Assembly: GCF_964355755.1 (NCBI RefSeq)
Contig: NC_092673.1
Span: 26,657,648 to 26,721,647, forward strand
Reading direction: 5' to 3'
Origin: Antedon mediterranea
Taxonomy: Eukaryota; Animalia; Echinodermata
DNA: 64,000 nt
Positions 1-13,240 of the stretch are shown in pieces (the stretch's first letter is position 1; each line of letters begins with the position of its first letter). Under the pieces are notes generated by a model. It ran no database searches. It saw only the letters and a list, made by a program, of their open reading frames with translations, and had not been told where the DNA came from. The translations under genes and the position numbers were made by a program.

Positions 1-559
1 CACTACAAGTAGGGAATTTAAAATGGCTCCCGTTGAAAACTGATAATAGTAATTGTGATTATATTGGAATTACTAATAATCTATTTTGTAAAATTGAGTT
101 ATAGAATAATGTATTGACGACGCCATACTTAATCTGTCAAAAATCACATTTTCATTGTTACATAAGTAGTATGTCACATGTCGGAAAACAAACAAAAGCA
201 AATACATCTATTGAAAAGTTAATGACAAACCCTCAGACAACTAAAAGGAGCAAGAGGAATGATATGATGATATTGATGACTGAAGGGTAAAACATCAAAT
301 GACAGACTGTTTTCCATCTTCCAAATTGAAAACGTTAGTTTTCAGAAGTGCAAATATTGAGATTTCTATCGTGAGAATTGTAAGCGCTGGTTTATTTGCA
401 TCATATAAATATCTACATTTTGCAATGCGGAAAAAATGCGCAACCAATCAAAACTAAACAAAAATGTTTAAAAAATAGATTTAGCCTAAACTGACTTTAG
501 GAAAAAATGAAATTCTTTATAAGTAATTCCTCCTGAAATGGATAATTAGGGATAGGATT

Positions 560-742
560 AGAATGGGATTATTTTTAAGCATGGGATTATATTTGAGCAT
601 GGGATTATATTTAAGCATGGGGTTATATTTAAGCATGGGATTATATTAGAGCATGGGGTTATATTTGAGCATGGGATTATATTAGAGCATGGGATTATAC
701 TTGAGCATGGGGTTATATAAAGCATGGAATTATACTTAAGCA
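560..742. repeat. 18-bp minisatellite, about 10 copies (gcatgggattatatttaa)
   Basis: Direct tandem repetition; explains ORF 558..743. Confidence 0.95.
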
Positions 743-3700
743 CAACCTAGTCCTCTATATTCTTTCAAGAGAAAGAATGACGTTAATCATTTGTATTGTA
801 TTCTGGAAATGAATTACAGCATTTTGGGTACACAAGGGGGTAGGGATGCAGAGAGAGTGGAAAAGTTGATTGAACTCAATTAGTGATCTACCTAATGATT
901 TTATGCATATTTTTTTTTAAACAAATCTGTAATATTCACATAAAATGATCACTTTAGAATCTTAAAGGACAACGTAGCTTCACTTCAACAATGCAAATCC
1001 GTTTCATGATTATGGTTTTCACTATGTAAAGCTAATAATCATACAAGATTATATTTCATGCAAAAAAACAGTGGCAAAGGCTTTTAGAATTCTTTGAATG
1101 ATAGATAAAAGTGAGAGGTAAAGTATAACACATGTTCCTTTTGATATATAACTGTTTATTCAACAGCTAAGCTAAATATTTGTTATGCAACTTAAAATGC
1201 AAACCTTTGAAAGTTTATAACAGATGATGAATTACTAATACTGACATAAAGAGCAACCAAAATATAACAAGAAATATTTCTTACAAAAACGCTTATCATC
1301 TCACGATAACTACCGTCAACACATCTCAATATTTATCTGCAAATGTTGTCATAGACTCTTTTTTTCCAGACGTGCTTTGAGGTGTTTCCAAATACCTATT
1401 TTTTCAGCTGTAGTAAACCATAAGCTGCCGCATGGTAACTGTTTCCTTATGCTTCAGTTATTTTGAATATAACTGTTTAAAAGAGACGGTGCATAAACTT
1501 TTCCCATAGAGTAGGCCCTTAGTTCTGTATCTATCAAACTAGTTTGATGTCATCTTGCCCATATATGGGAACACCACATTTTATCACAGAAGGTTTGATA
1601 GTGTAGACAGAGCTTAAGCTAAAGAATATTACTCTAAATTAGTAACGAAAATATAATAATCCGAAGTAAATAATAAACTCGTAGGTCACAATATTCTAAT
1701 AGTAACACAATATGGTTGTAACTTGTACTCTAATCATTTTTTTTAGACATGCTTCATATTTCGGTTGCAATATAATCGGTGTAATGAAATTCACATATTT
1801 AAACTTATTATAAACCTCTAAGCATAGGCCACTAACTCGTGAAATCTAACTTATCAAAGTCTAAAATTACCTACTAAGCACGACAAATTAAAAAACAGTT
1901 AATTTATTTCTAATGGTACCTTATTAGCAGACAAAATAAAGAGAGTTCACTTTACTAGTAACCTACATTACTATAAATCAACTGTTTTTATTCTTGAAAT
2001 AAAAAAAAATTATTACATTTTTTACAACATTAATATAAGTTTGCCAGAAACCATTTAACCTCTAATTCCTTTTTTTGACATTTGTGAATTAACAATAGAT
2101 AGTGATTAAGTTCGCTTTTTAGGAATCCTGTCTCTGCCTGGTTTTGTGTGATGTTTTTCTTGTTCTTTGTCCACATTTTTTTTAAATTGTATTTTTATGG
2201 AGACAAAAATAAATGAAATGAAAAAAAAGAAACTATAATGTAATCTGCAATAGTAAGATTCAGCGTAATCAATTCGACACGTTTTTTAGAAAATGAAATC
2301 TGAACAGAAGCGACAAAAGACAACGGACCAATCAGAAGTTCCTACAAACAAGAGATTACGTTACATGTTTAACTTTCCAACGTTCTCAGGAGATAGGCTT
2401 CGATTATAGCCTTGAAATTTAAACCAAAAATTGCAACAGCGATAGAAAATATTCATAATCAAATTCCTGCATGAAAATAATTGACTTTCACCAAAACATA
2501 CATATGAATGATAATTTCTTCTTTCTTTTTTTTAATATATTTATAACACTGAATATTAATACTAGTGTTATGTACAAAGTCATTAAACTGTAAATTATGG
2601 TAATTTTAATTTACCATTATAATTAGAAATTCCATTCTGTTTTACGAAACACTTCCCTGATTTAGGGACACATTACCAGAGGACGCAACACATTCACTCT
2701 GATATAAACGCAAAGACGAATGCACAGTACAAGTGAGTTGACTAATCACAAGTGACATTTTAAATGATCCTGTATGTTATGATTGGTCAAATTAGGATGC
2801 CACTGGTTCTCTTGTACCAAGGAAGAAGAGGGTGCTATAACTTTACGATTTTATTTATATTATAGGTAAAATAGTTTAAAACTGTTCAAGTGAACTATCA
2901 AATACACTAACTCTTACAAAACAACCTATTGGTCGAGTAGCATATACTTAGGTTAATTATGGTTAAATATAATATTAGGGATTATAGATGTATCTCTTCT
3001 CTATTTTGTAGATTCATGTTGAGTTCAAATATTGACCTTAACCTAGAAATTGAAAAACTAGTGCTGTTCCAACGTACCACATTTAGTCAAATGAAAACAC
3101 TGTACAATAAAGGCACCCATTAGCTTAATGCATTTGAAGCACACAAGTTGAAATCTCGGTAGGGCAACTTTTCCTATTCTTGTTTGGTAGATATCTCATC
3201 TTTACTGATTAAACATTGGCAATGTCAGCAATACATCACTTTATAGTTTACAGTTTCCTTCCGCTAAGTAAAATTACGGTAATGCTTAAAACTTATTTTA
3301 ATTGCGGTCTGTACAATTTATGGTCCATAAAATCTGTCTGAAATAAACAGTACGATTTGTGATACATTTTTTTCAAGACCTGATGTGCATGAAATCTAAT
3401 CTTGAATCACCTGGTGTGACCTACTCAGAAACTGCAATGTGTAGTTGCTTGGCCAATTTTCTATTATTTTAAAATAAAGAATATATTTGTGAAAAAGGGT
3501 TGCATTATTTCTAAATATTTTCTACTTTTGGAAATTTTTTATTTTATACGCATCTAACTGCTAGTAACTCGCCAAATACAGGATGGATAAACTAAACATT
3601 TTCAGTTTTCTTGAAAGAATTTCTCCAACCGTAAAGATGTTGCTTTTCACGATCGCTGGAGTTTTCGCAAAGATCAAGGGCGGTAAATATAAACATCTTT

Positions 3701-4134
3701 ACACCATTGTAATCATCTTCAACCAGGTGAGGAGGATATGGTTAGTTGAGATGTAACTAATTTGCAATAATAAATTAAGACTGATGTTATATACTAGCTG
3801 TACAAATACAGAACTCCCTACGGAATGAATGATTGATTCAGCAGTAACCAGTACAAGATGGGATAGCAGACTAATAACAAAAATGCACTATACAAATTAA
3901 AACATAGCTAATCAAAGTAATGAAATGCCGATATCAAACCTTAGGCAAACTTATTAATACTCAAAGGAAAGTTTAACCAAGGAATTAAAAACAAAGAAAA
4001 TGTTAATATCTTTTGGAAATAAGTATGTTTATTTGTTACCTAGTTCTATATTTCCATTTCAGTCTATATATTAGATGTATGAATGCTGTAGCCCAGCTTT
4101 ACTCACTCATCCAATATGGCTACCTTGTCATCTT

Positions 4135-4635
4135 AAATTTTGACCAATCAGAACATTTTTAAAAAAGACTGATAAACTTAACCAATCAGATACCTAAAAA
4201 AAATGTTTGTAGCAAATTTACTAGAAGCTGCTTTGGAACTCATTGCCATTTGACCAATCAGATCATAGCTATACTTTGTTAAAAATTACTGGTAAACTTT
4301 AACCAATTAGCTACTTAAAAATAAGGTTTGTAGCAAATTGATTAAATAGAAATTGGTTTGGAACTCATTTTGACTTTTGACCAATCAGATCAGTTATTTA
4401 TAAAAAAAAGTACCGGTAAACTTTAACCAATCAGATCTTAGCTAATTAAAAAAATGGTTTCTAGCAAGAAGAAATTGGTTTGGAACTTATTTTGACTTTT
4501 GACCAATCAGATCAGAGCTACTTAAAATACTAGTAAACTTAACCAATCAATATTACTAATGTTGGAAGAAACTTTTATTTAACTGGCTAAGTAAAAAATA
4601 TTCTATATATTTTTAACTTTTGACCAATCAAATAC
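4135..4635. repeat. Degenerate ~120-bp tandem repeat carrying paired CCAAT boxes
   Basis: Recurring ttttgaccaatcagatc...ggtaaactttaaccaatcag...tttgtagcaaat...tggtttggaactcatt units. Confidence 0.8.
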
Positions 4636-5705
4636 TATCTACTTAATCCTTTAAGGAGTGTTTTTACAGATGATCTCAGTTAGAATTCTGAATTAAATTA
4701 ACTTGCTTTTCTAGACATATATTTAATTGACCCATAGAGGTGACCATAGCATCCATCGTCTCTGGCGGATCATCTCTCTTTCAAATTAAAATATGAGAAT
4801 CTTTAATCATACCAACTGAAATTCATATCCATTAAAAAAACATGCATGGTGGATGGCACGTGTAAATTGGCCAATCTTATTATGATGTACTTTTTTTAAT
4901 GACCATGACCTAACTGAATTAGTTAAGAAAATGATATAATCAAAACAAGAAAGTAGATTGACATTTGAAAACCATGACATGTTTTTAATGGTAATCAGTG
5001 ACTAGCTATCAAACCATGTAATATCTAAAGCTCTGTTTAAACTATCAAACTTTATGTGACAAAAAATGTGATATGGACACAATGACATCATTGTATTTAA
5101 ATGTTGTCTTGTTATCTGTTGATTTTTGCTTGTATATATTATATTATATTATATAATATTTTATAACTTTCAACCATGTTAATGGTGACATTTGGTCACT
5201 GTAGGGTGATGATGAAATAAAAATTAAAACAAAAAACAAACAAAAATACCATATTTGTGCACAACACACTCTTTTTGTCAAACTAGTTTGATAGTGTAGA
5301 TAGAGGAGATGAATGATAATATGATGTTTGTGGTATGATACCATAAACTTATGTATTGTCCACATGATTAATGTATTTGTTGAACATGCTATTTAATGTC
5401 ACATTAATATTTATTCACTTTGACCAAATTTAGTAATTCTTTATTTTTGTATGTGTTTTGTAAATGATTGTGTTTCTGCAGCTATAATAAAATTATAGTT
5501 TAATTTATTTTTTTAACTAATCAGATAATTAAAATAAAAATAAAGTGTGCATAACAATTTTCCCTTCAGGTAAAAGGTAAAATATTATCACATTTATCTG
5601 ATAAATAATTAACAATTAAAATTTCTAGATTAGAATCAGTTAAATCCTGTTTCCACAAGAATTTTATTGGTTAATTATCGGTTAATTTTTGGCTGCAGAA
5701 ACAAA

Positions 5706-5738
<33 letters not shown>
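5706..5738. repeat. (GTT)n microsatellite
   Basis: Direct reading. Confidence 0.95.
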
Positions 5739-8700
5739 AGGCCTAATGGTTTATATTATTTAATAATAAACATACAATAGAAAATTTTAAACCCCAAACT
5801 ATCCTTTACAATTGATAAGCCTTGATGAAATATTACAGATACCTTATACAGTATAACAACAGACTAAATTATGTTATCATACAAATACAGTATATCCCCT
5901 ATTAGGGGGACCACTTTGAACTCAACAACAAAGTGGTCCCATTAAATGAATGTGTCCCTGGAATAGGGTCCCAGGGTAGTTTCTTAAAACTAGGCCAATC
6001 AAAAAGTAATCAAGGCAGATTTGTATAGTACCATTTTTTTTATTCATTTTACCGATTTCAATCAATATTCACATTTTAATCTACAGTAAAAGTCTCGACC
6101 TAATTATTCTTGTTGAACATTGATAATAATTACCTGAGTGCTTTTAGTATAATGGTGATCTTTTATGTCTCTTGCAATCAGATCAACGTTATTTTAACTA
6201 CTTTCTATAGATCGCTTGGAAGATTATTATAATACTGTAACAGTAATGACAACTTTATTCTGAATCGGAACACTTGATCACCTTTCAATGGTATTTTTCG
6301 CAAGGCCATTTTTATGAAGTGAAAGGTAATCTAACATAGTTATAGAAAAAATGCTTTTTTTCATATAAATATAATAATTGAATTAAGAACATAGAATAGA
6401 ATACAGCAGAACTAAGTTTTCTTTCATCTTAAAATTTAAACTTTGTTTGTTTGGTTTTCGCTTTAATGCATTAATGCATCGACTTTATTTTTGTTTTAAA
6501 CATATAATAACGCAGAGAAAACATGCATTTGAGCAGTAACCTGTTCAGGGTAGATACAGATTCTATGTTTAAAAAGCTACATGGTTTTCCACTGAACCAC
6601 CCATCTGTGTAAACTGGCCTTTTGCATTGTATTTATTTGTTTTTTTAAAAATCATACGGAGCAACAAAGTGCGCAGCAACTGAAGTTGTTAGGCTACCTA
6701 AAGGCATCATTACTTAAGACATTGGTTTATGCAACCCTCAGGTGAGTAAGTTCAGCTCAAAATCTGTGCTAAAACATTAAAGTTTATAGCATCACTCACA
6801 GAAGCCAATGATACCGCTGTTAGTAATCATTTACAGCTACACTATCAAAGTAATTTGACAAAAAGTGTGATGTGCCCAAATATGGTAGTGATATGATATA
6901 TACACATCCCATTTTCTTGTCACATAAAGTTTGATAATGTAGGCAGAGCTTTACTGAACATAGTGGAAAATATGTTACAAAAATCTAATCAACCAAGTGT
7001 TTAAAATTTTAATTAACTCAGTTATGATTTGAACACAGGACTCTGGAATTTGTGTATATGCACCGCACTGTAATTCCACTAAAATTCTGCCTACAGTATA
7101 AATAGATAAGAACTAAGTGGTATTTGTATTTATTTCAAAAGTCAAAGAGATACCAAACTCAATTAATAAGAAACTCAAAACCCTGACAAATTACCTTTGA
7201 ATCACCTTCAATATCATCAGTTATTCATGTAATTGAATAACATTATTAATAAAACATTCAAAAGCTGTGTATCATACGTACAATTAGACGCCCGGATTTA
7301 TTTAATTGAATTTAAAATATCAAATATTAATGAAGTTTTTAATAATAAATCAATTTGCAATGCTACTACTTGTAAGTCTACAATGTCTTAATGATCATTG
7401 ACCCACTCAAGTCACTCAAAACAAAGCTCAGAAAAGGGAAACTTTTTAATACACAGTTTTATTTATAGATCTTAAAAATCGACCCAAACAATTTTTAATA
7501 AAAACAAAACATGAACACAGAAATACTCTCCAATTAAATACAGTGGTTTGGTTATTGCACAAGAGTTGTGAATCAACCCAAACTCTATTAGTAAATTAAA
7601 TACTATTTTTTTGGCAAGTTTAAAAGGTAGATAACTTTTCAGTAGCAAGTAAAATATACATTTTACTCTTATGCTTTACTGTAGATTTTAAAAAGCAATA
7701 ATATTTTTATGTGTAAAATAAGATATAAGGGAACTTAATTTCGTCCACAAAACAAGTGGAAATAAAGGTGTTTGTCTCAGTACAAACTGTAATGGAAACG
7801 GGAAACCACCTCACAGCATTTATTGTTCTTTTTTTCATAATAAGTATAACTACTGTATGCTATTGAATTTGTATAGATTGTAATTGTCCAAGTGGAGAGT
7901 AGAACTTTAGCGTAAAGTTCAGGTACAAGGCATGAATTTTAAACATAATATTTGGTTGATTGTACATAAATCAGTGTAACATAAATCATGACGAAAAGAC
8001 TATATAGATCAATAATTATTTGAATGTATGATAAACAGAAATAAATGAAATAACTTTTGAAAAAAGGCTATTTAATTGGGAGTTTTAATTAAAGCAATAT
8101 TAATTTTGAGCAAAGACAAACATAATTTAATTTGAAATACTAACGTGCAAAAATAGATCGGGCTCTAAAGTACCATCTACGTGGGTAGAATAAATCTTTT
8201 GAAAGATCTAATCACAATTTCGATTGATTAATTAAATTTGAACATATTTAAATACACAGGGCAAATTCAGCAAACATACTATTATGGGATGTTATTTTTA
8301 ATGGATTCACATGGTTTTCATCAAATATTATACACTGTGAATTAATACATAAATGCATTGGAATTATGCACCTAATACATCAACAAACATTCATAGAAGT
8401 TTAAAGTCTTTACAGTTTATTCGGAAATTGGAATAAGAAGAAGCTAAAGTCAAACTTAAAACAGGTAGTTGCTATATTCTTGATGATTATCAAATAAAGA
8501 TCGAAACATTGAATCATGGCTTGCCTCTCGTTATTTGGAGTCAGTTTAATTTTTTTTTTATTTAAACATAATCAGTGCATTTATTGGTAGTTGCTATAAG
8601 GTTTGTAATTATTATACTGTGTGTGTCATATGCTGCTTTTATATATTGACCACAAGTCAAAAACCCATTGACTTCCAGTCAATTTGACAATTATTTGCTT

Positions 8701-10369
8701 TAAATTCAGTTTTTTTTTATCCAATTTTCGGTCAAAGTGAATAACTATTATGTGACATTAAATAGCATATTTAACAAAAACATTAAAAAATTATTTGTTC
8801 AGGAAGACAATATATTTTTAATGATACAATCAAATCTTCAATTCTTCAACAACTTTTTTAGTTTCAAAATTATAAGTAACTTAACTGTCATTAATAAATT
8901 GTTTGACAAGTTTAGTTGAGTATTTCTTTCTTTAGGCCATAATATGTCAGAACACAATATATAACCATGCGTAAAACATTACTATGTCAGTACATATTAA
9001 TGCATAGCTGTTTTTTATTCTTTGTACATACATTATGCCTACTGTGTTATTTTATAAAACAATTTTTTCCATTAAGACGTAAGTAGTAACATTTGTAAAG
9101 GAGCAGATTTATTGCTGAACATCTAAATGACATATGATGTTTTTGTCATGTCATGGAGGTATAGAGGTTGCAGCAAAGTGATGTGAACAGGGGAGGGACT
9201 ACTTAAATTGGCCGCATCTTATCTTTAAAGTATATTTATAAAAACAACATCAAATAAAACAAGTTTATACATTGAAAAATAATAATATATTTAGGTTAAA
9301 ATATTTTCAGAGTGGTATATTTATTATTGTCCTTGACCTTTGACATTCATAGTAGGTGTATACAACTAAATAATGAATCGTCATGGAATAGATTTAATAT
9401 TTTCATTCATCAAAATATATATATTTGTCTAATTGAATTATTCTGTCCATTCCATGAATAAAGCATTTATTACTTGTATTAAGATCTTCAGTTCTTTCGT
9501 TGTAGGTTTGGTGTTCATTTTGAATTCAGCAGGTTCATAGAAATATTTAAAAAACGGTATATAAAAATAAGCTTCAGTATAAAAATAAAAAAATTACTAT
9601 ATATCCAATGTGAAGAGAAACATTTCTACTAAAGACAGCAACAATCTCTACGGTTGTGCTCTATTAGCTTTACTGTGTTACATAATTTCAAGATTTCATT
9701 GCTCACAAGAGTTTAGATGTTATCTGAAGACTCCATAAAAGTAAGGAAAATGAGGATTTACAAATACTAAATAGCAGAACTGACCCACTAAATGGTTACA
9801 TACGACTTTAATACTCTAAACTAACATTTTAAATAAATACTATAACATGTTGACATTTATATTATTGATAGATATATATCTAGTTCAGTTTGAAGAACAT
9901 ATTCAAGTCGGTACAACTTTGTAAATTTTTCTGAAATTTGTCTAGGGAGCTATAAATGCGTACATAGTAATATTGAAGTTGAATTCTAAATGACTTCGAA
10001 GCAACGCAATTTGGTCTAATTACTTTGACCCATTAATGCTGTTGAATTATAAATAACTAAATGTGGCCAGATTTCAAATGAGAATTACTAAAGATCATTT
10101 ATCATATTGTTTAATTTATTCAACCTCCGAACGCTTCATTAGCGGGAAAAATAGACCAAGTGAAATGAATATATTATAATTGTAATAATTATACCACGTT
10201 GTGTCATTTCTATATCTTTATGATTGGGTATATTATATAATGTTTATTAGAAAATGATACAGACATTTTTAAACATCAATTGTTTAGTAAAAGATTATAA
10301 GCCAGACATTTTTTAACATGTGCATAAATGATAATTGAATGTACGGTTATATAACCAATATCAAATTGT

Positions 10370-10937
10370 TACCATAAATCTTCTAATAGTAGCCCACCTT
10401 ATAAGTCAATCTAAATAATAACCCACTACTCTAATAGTAACCCATGGGGGTTACTATTAGAGTCACAACAACTTATGATGCAAAATAAGGAGATAATCAT
10501 GGTGATCTCGGGAGTGGGGGAGGATTGTGTTTTTGAGTTTATAAAATAAAGTTGGAGTTCAAATTTGTTTATTCCTACTGTTTTATTATTTTGTTATAAT
10601 AATAATAATAATAATAAATGAAAACTTATATAGCGCCGGTATCCTCCACCCATGTGGCGCTCATGGCGCTTTGTGCATTAACAACGTGCGAGAACATCAG
10701 CGAATAGCGACGTCTTTAGGTTGGTCTTGAAACTGTTTAGACTAGTTGAGCATTTAACTGTTGCTGGTAAGCTGTTCCATACGGAAAATTTAAGGATAGG
10801 TCACTATTTTCCGGTGCCTAATTTAAGATCAGTAATAGTAACCCACTACTCTAATAGTAACCCCCTTCTAATAGTAACCCACCCTAAAAAACAATCAAAG
10901 AATAATAACCCAGGGTTATAATTAAAGATTTACGGTA
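10370..10937. mobile_element. Tc1/mariner-pogo-like MITE (TA-CC(G/A)TAAATC TIRs) with a nested LINE fragment
   Basis: taccataaatcttctaatagtagccc ... gggttataattaaagatttacggta; internal repeats of ctaatagtaaccc. Confidence 0.65.
10596..10782 (-). mobile_element. 5'-truncated L2/CR1-group LINE 3' end
   Basis: The minus strand encodes VWNSLPATVKCSTSLNSFKTNLKT, the typical ORF2 C-terminus, followed by a 3' UTR with gcgctatataag and a (TTA)n tail. Confidence 0.8.
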
Positions 10938-10997
10938 ACCAATAATAATCATAAAGTATTGACCAATCCTGATAAATCTGTTTATATCGGTATCATC

Positions 10998-11164
10998 CAG
11001 TGGCGTAACGACTAAGAGCGCTCACTGGCTAAGCCCAGGGGCCCCGGAGTGCTCCGGGGCCCCCAAGGTAACAACAGGCATTAAAATATGTTAAAAAAGG
11101 CTCAAAACGCCTTCAGCATTGTAGAGCCCTAAACCAGAAGGCTTTCGTTTGCGTCACGCCACTG
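10998..11164. mobile_element. hAT-like MITE (CAGTGGCGT...ACGCCACTG TIRs)
   Basis: TIRs plus a GC-rich internal ggggcccc palindrome; the 8-bp flanks are only partly similar. Confidence 0.65.
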
Positions 11165-11699
11165 GTGACATTTCTAGCAAGAGATAAAAGGCAGGTTGCC
11201 ACATGAATAAAGAGTGTTTCTCAGACACTTTGAGACAATTGTTCATTAGCAAGTAATGGCTTTATTTGTCTTATAGCAATAGCTTCTTCAAACAATGTAT
11301 ATTTTTTTTTATTTGATAATAATAAATATTATATTAACATATTATGATAAACTATAATAGGGTAATTAATGGTCAACATTCCATATTTTAGTTAAGGGAT
11401 AATTTTGACAATATTCAAAGGTTGTACAAGTTTAGTAAAATAACATCAATTATACGATTCAACCAGTTCATCAAATTGTTTATTGAATTTAATTTTGAAC
11501 TTGTTAATTAAATTTGGACGATAGCTAAGCAGTCAGACAGTGTGGATCCACTAACTATAAAATGTCAATAAATGCCTAATAGCTTACAAGTGGAAAGTAA
11601 ATTTTACGTGAATCTTTGATAAGAAAAGAAAAAAATAAGTAGTGCAACCCCTGTTTTTTTGCAAAATATTTTCGGTTATGATCTAAATGTTTATGATTT

Positions 11700-11866
11700 T
11701 TTTAATTTCATACACATCCACCAGCATGGCAACTCACCAATTACATGATAGAAACTATATCATGCATCATATGGAGGGTGGCGTAGAAACACTGGTGAGA
11801 CAACGCCTAGGTGAGGATTGAACCCTCGACCTTGCGATTGGAAGGCAAGCACCAAGCTACAGCTTC
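11700..11866 (-). mobile_element. tRNA-derived SINE remnant
   Basis: Minus strand reads gctgtagcttggtgcttgccttccaatcgcaaggtcgagGGTTCAATCC (B box), with no complete cloverleaf. Confidence 0.55.
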
Positions 11867-12907
11867 ACATGTTTGTCACCGTTTTAATATTTCATTAGCT
11901 TTAAAAAAATTAAATACAGTTCATTTGTTATCCAAGTAGAAAATTCCAGTTGAGACCTGTAAATAACCAATTTCTAGTTGTAAACTAATTAAGCTAGTTG
12001 ACAACAATGAAACCAACTGGAAAAGTTTAAATACCAGTTTAAACCAGTTATTGTACAAGTAAAGCACTGAAATTCACTGGTTTTAACTGGAATTTTTCAA
12101 CAGGAATGTTTACCAGCGATTGACTGTAAATTTGATTTGTTTTTATCATAAAGCACTGAGAGTATACCTGTTTAAACCGGTTACTGTACAAGTAAACCAG
12201 TTATTGAAATTAACTGGTTTTAACTGGAATTTTTCAACAGGAATTTTCTCCTGCGATGGACTGCGAATTTGATTTGTTTTATTATAAAGTGTTGAGTCTA
12301 CTGTACATATGCACCAGCGTTTGTTACACTCCATTGTCTTGTAGACGTTGTATCATAAAAGAACTACAACATTCACACTCCATAAATCACTCAATCAATC
12401 ATTCCACAATCCTGTAGAATTATAACATGAAAATTCATAATTATTAACAACTGCAAATATCTAAATTTAATATTCCTAAAGCAGCACCTGTTCCAAGAGT
12501 GCTACTCTTAAATCATATCTGGTTTATCATCCCAGAGGGGAAAAAATATCATACATTTTATCATACAATATACCAAAAGATAATTCTAATAGCGGTAATA
12601 GTATATTCGTGATATACGTGATATTGAGGGACAAAACCATTAAATTGTTTATTAATTTAAAAAAATCTGTCTACATAACATCTGTAACTGTTACTGTGCT
12701 GTAACTAGAATAGGGACTTTACGAAACAGGACGAGAAGCAGCAGTATAATTAGTATTTAATTTAATTTAATATATAGAAAAAGTATGGCATTAAGTTTGC
12801 TGGTTTTAGTGATAAATAGTACTATACTTCCAGTTAGTCATTATATAGTGTTGTCCGAAAGCTACTTTAAAGCAGCTTTTGGTTATCATTTTGATTTTAG
12901 GATTTTT

Positions 12908-13240
12908 TGCTTATTTTATTTGTATCTCCATTGAGATTCAGCCACTGATACCCACAGCATTGTCATTTTGTCAGTGCTTATTTTTGTTGTATCTCCATTG
13001 AGATTCAGCCACTGATACCCACAGCAATGTCAATTTTCATTGCTTATTTTATTTGTATCTCCATTGAGATCCAGCCACTGATACCCACAGCATTGTCATT
13101 TGTTGAGTACTTATTTTATTTGTATCTCCATTGAGATTCAGCCACTGGTACCCACAGCATTGTCATTTTCTAGTGCTTATTTTATTTGTATCTCCATTGA
13201 GATTTAGCCACTGGTACCCACAGCATTGTCATTTTGTCAG
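12908..13240. repeat. 55-bp minisatellite, about 6 copies
   Basis: Unit tgcttattttatttgtatctccattgagattcagccactgatacccacagcattgtcatttt. Confidence 0.95.
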
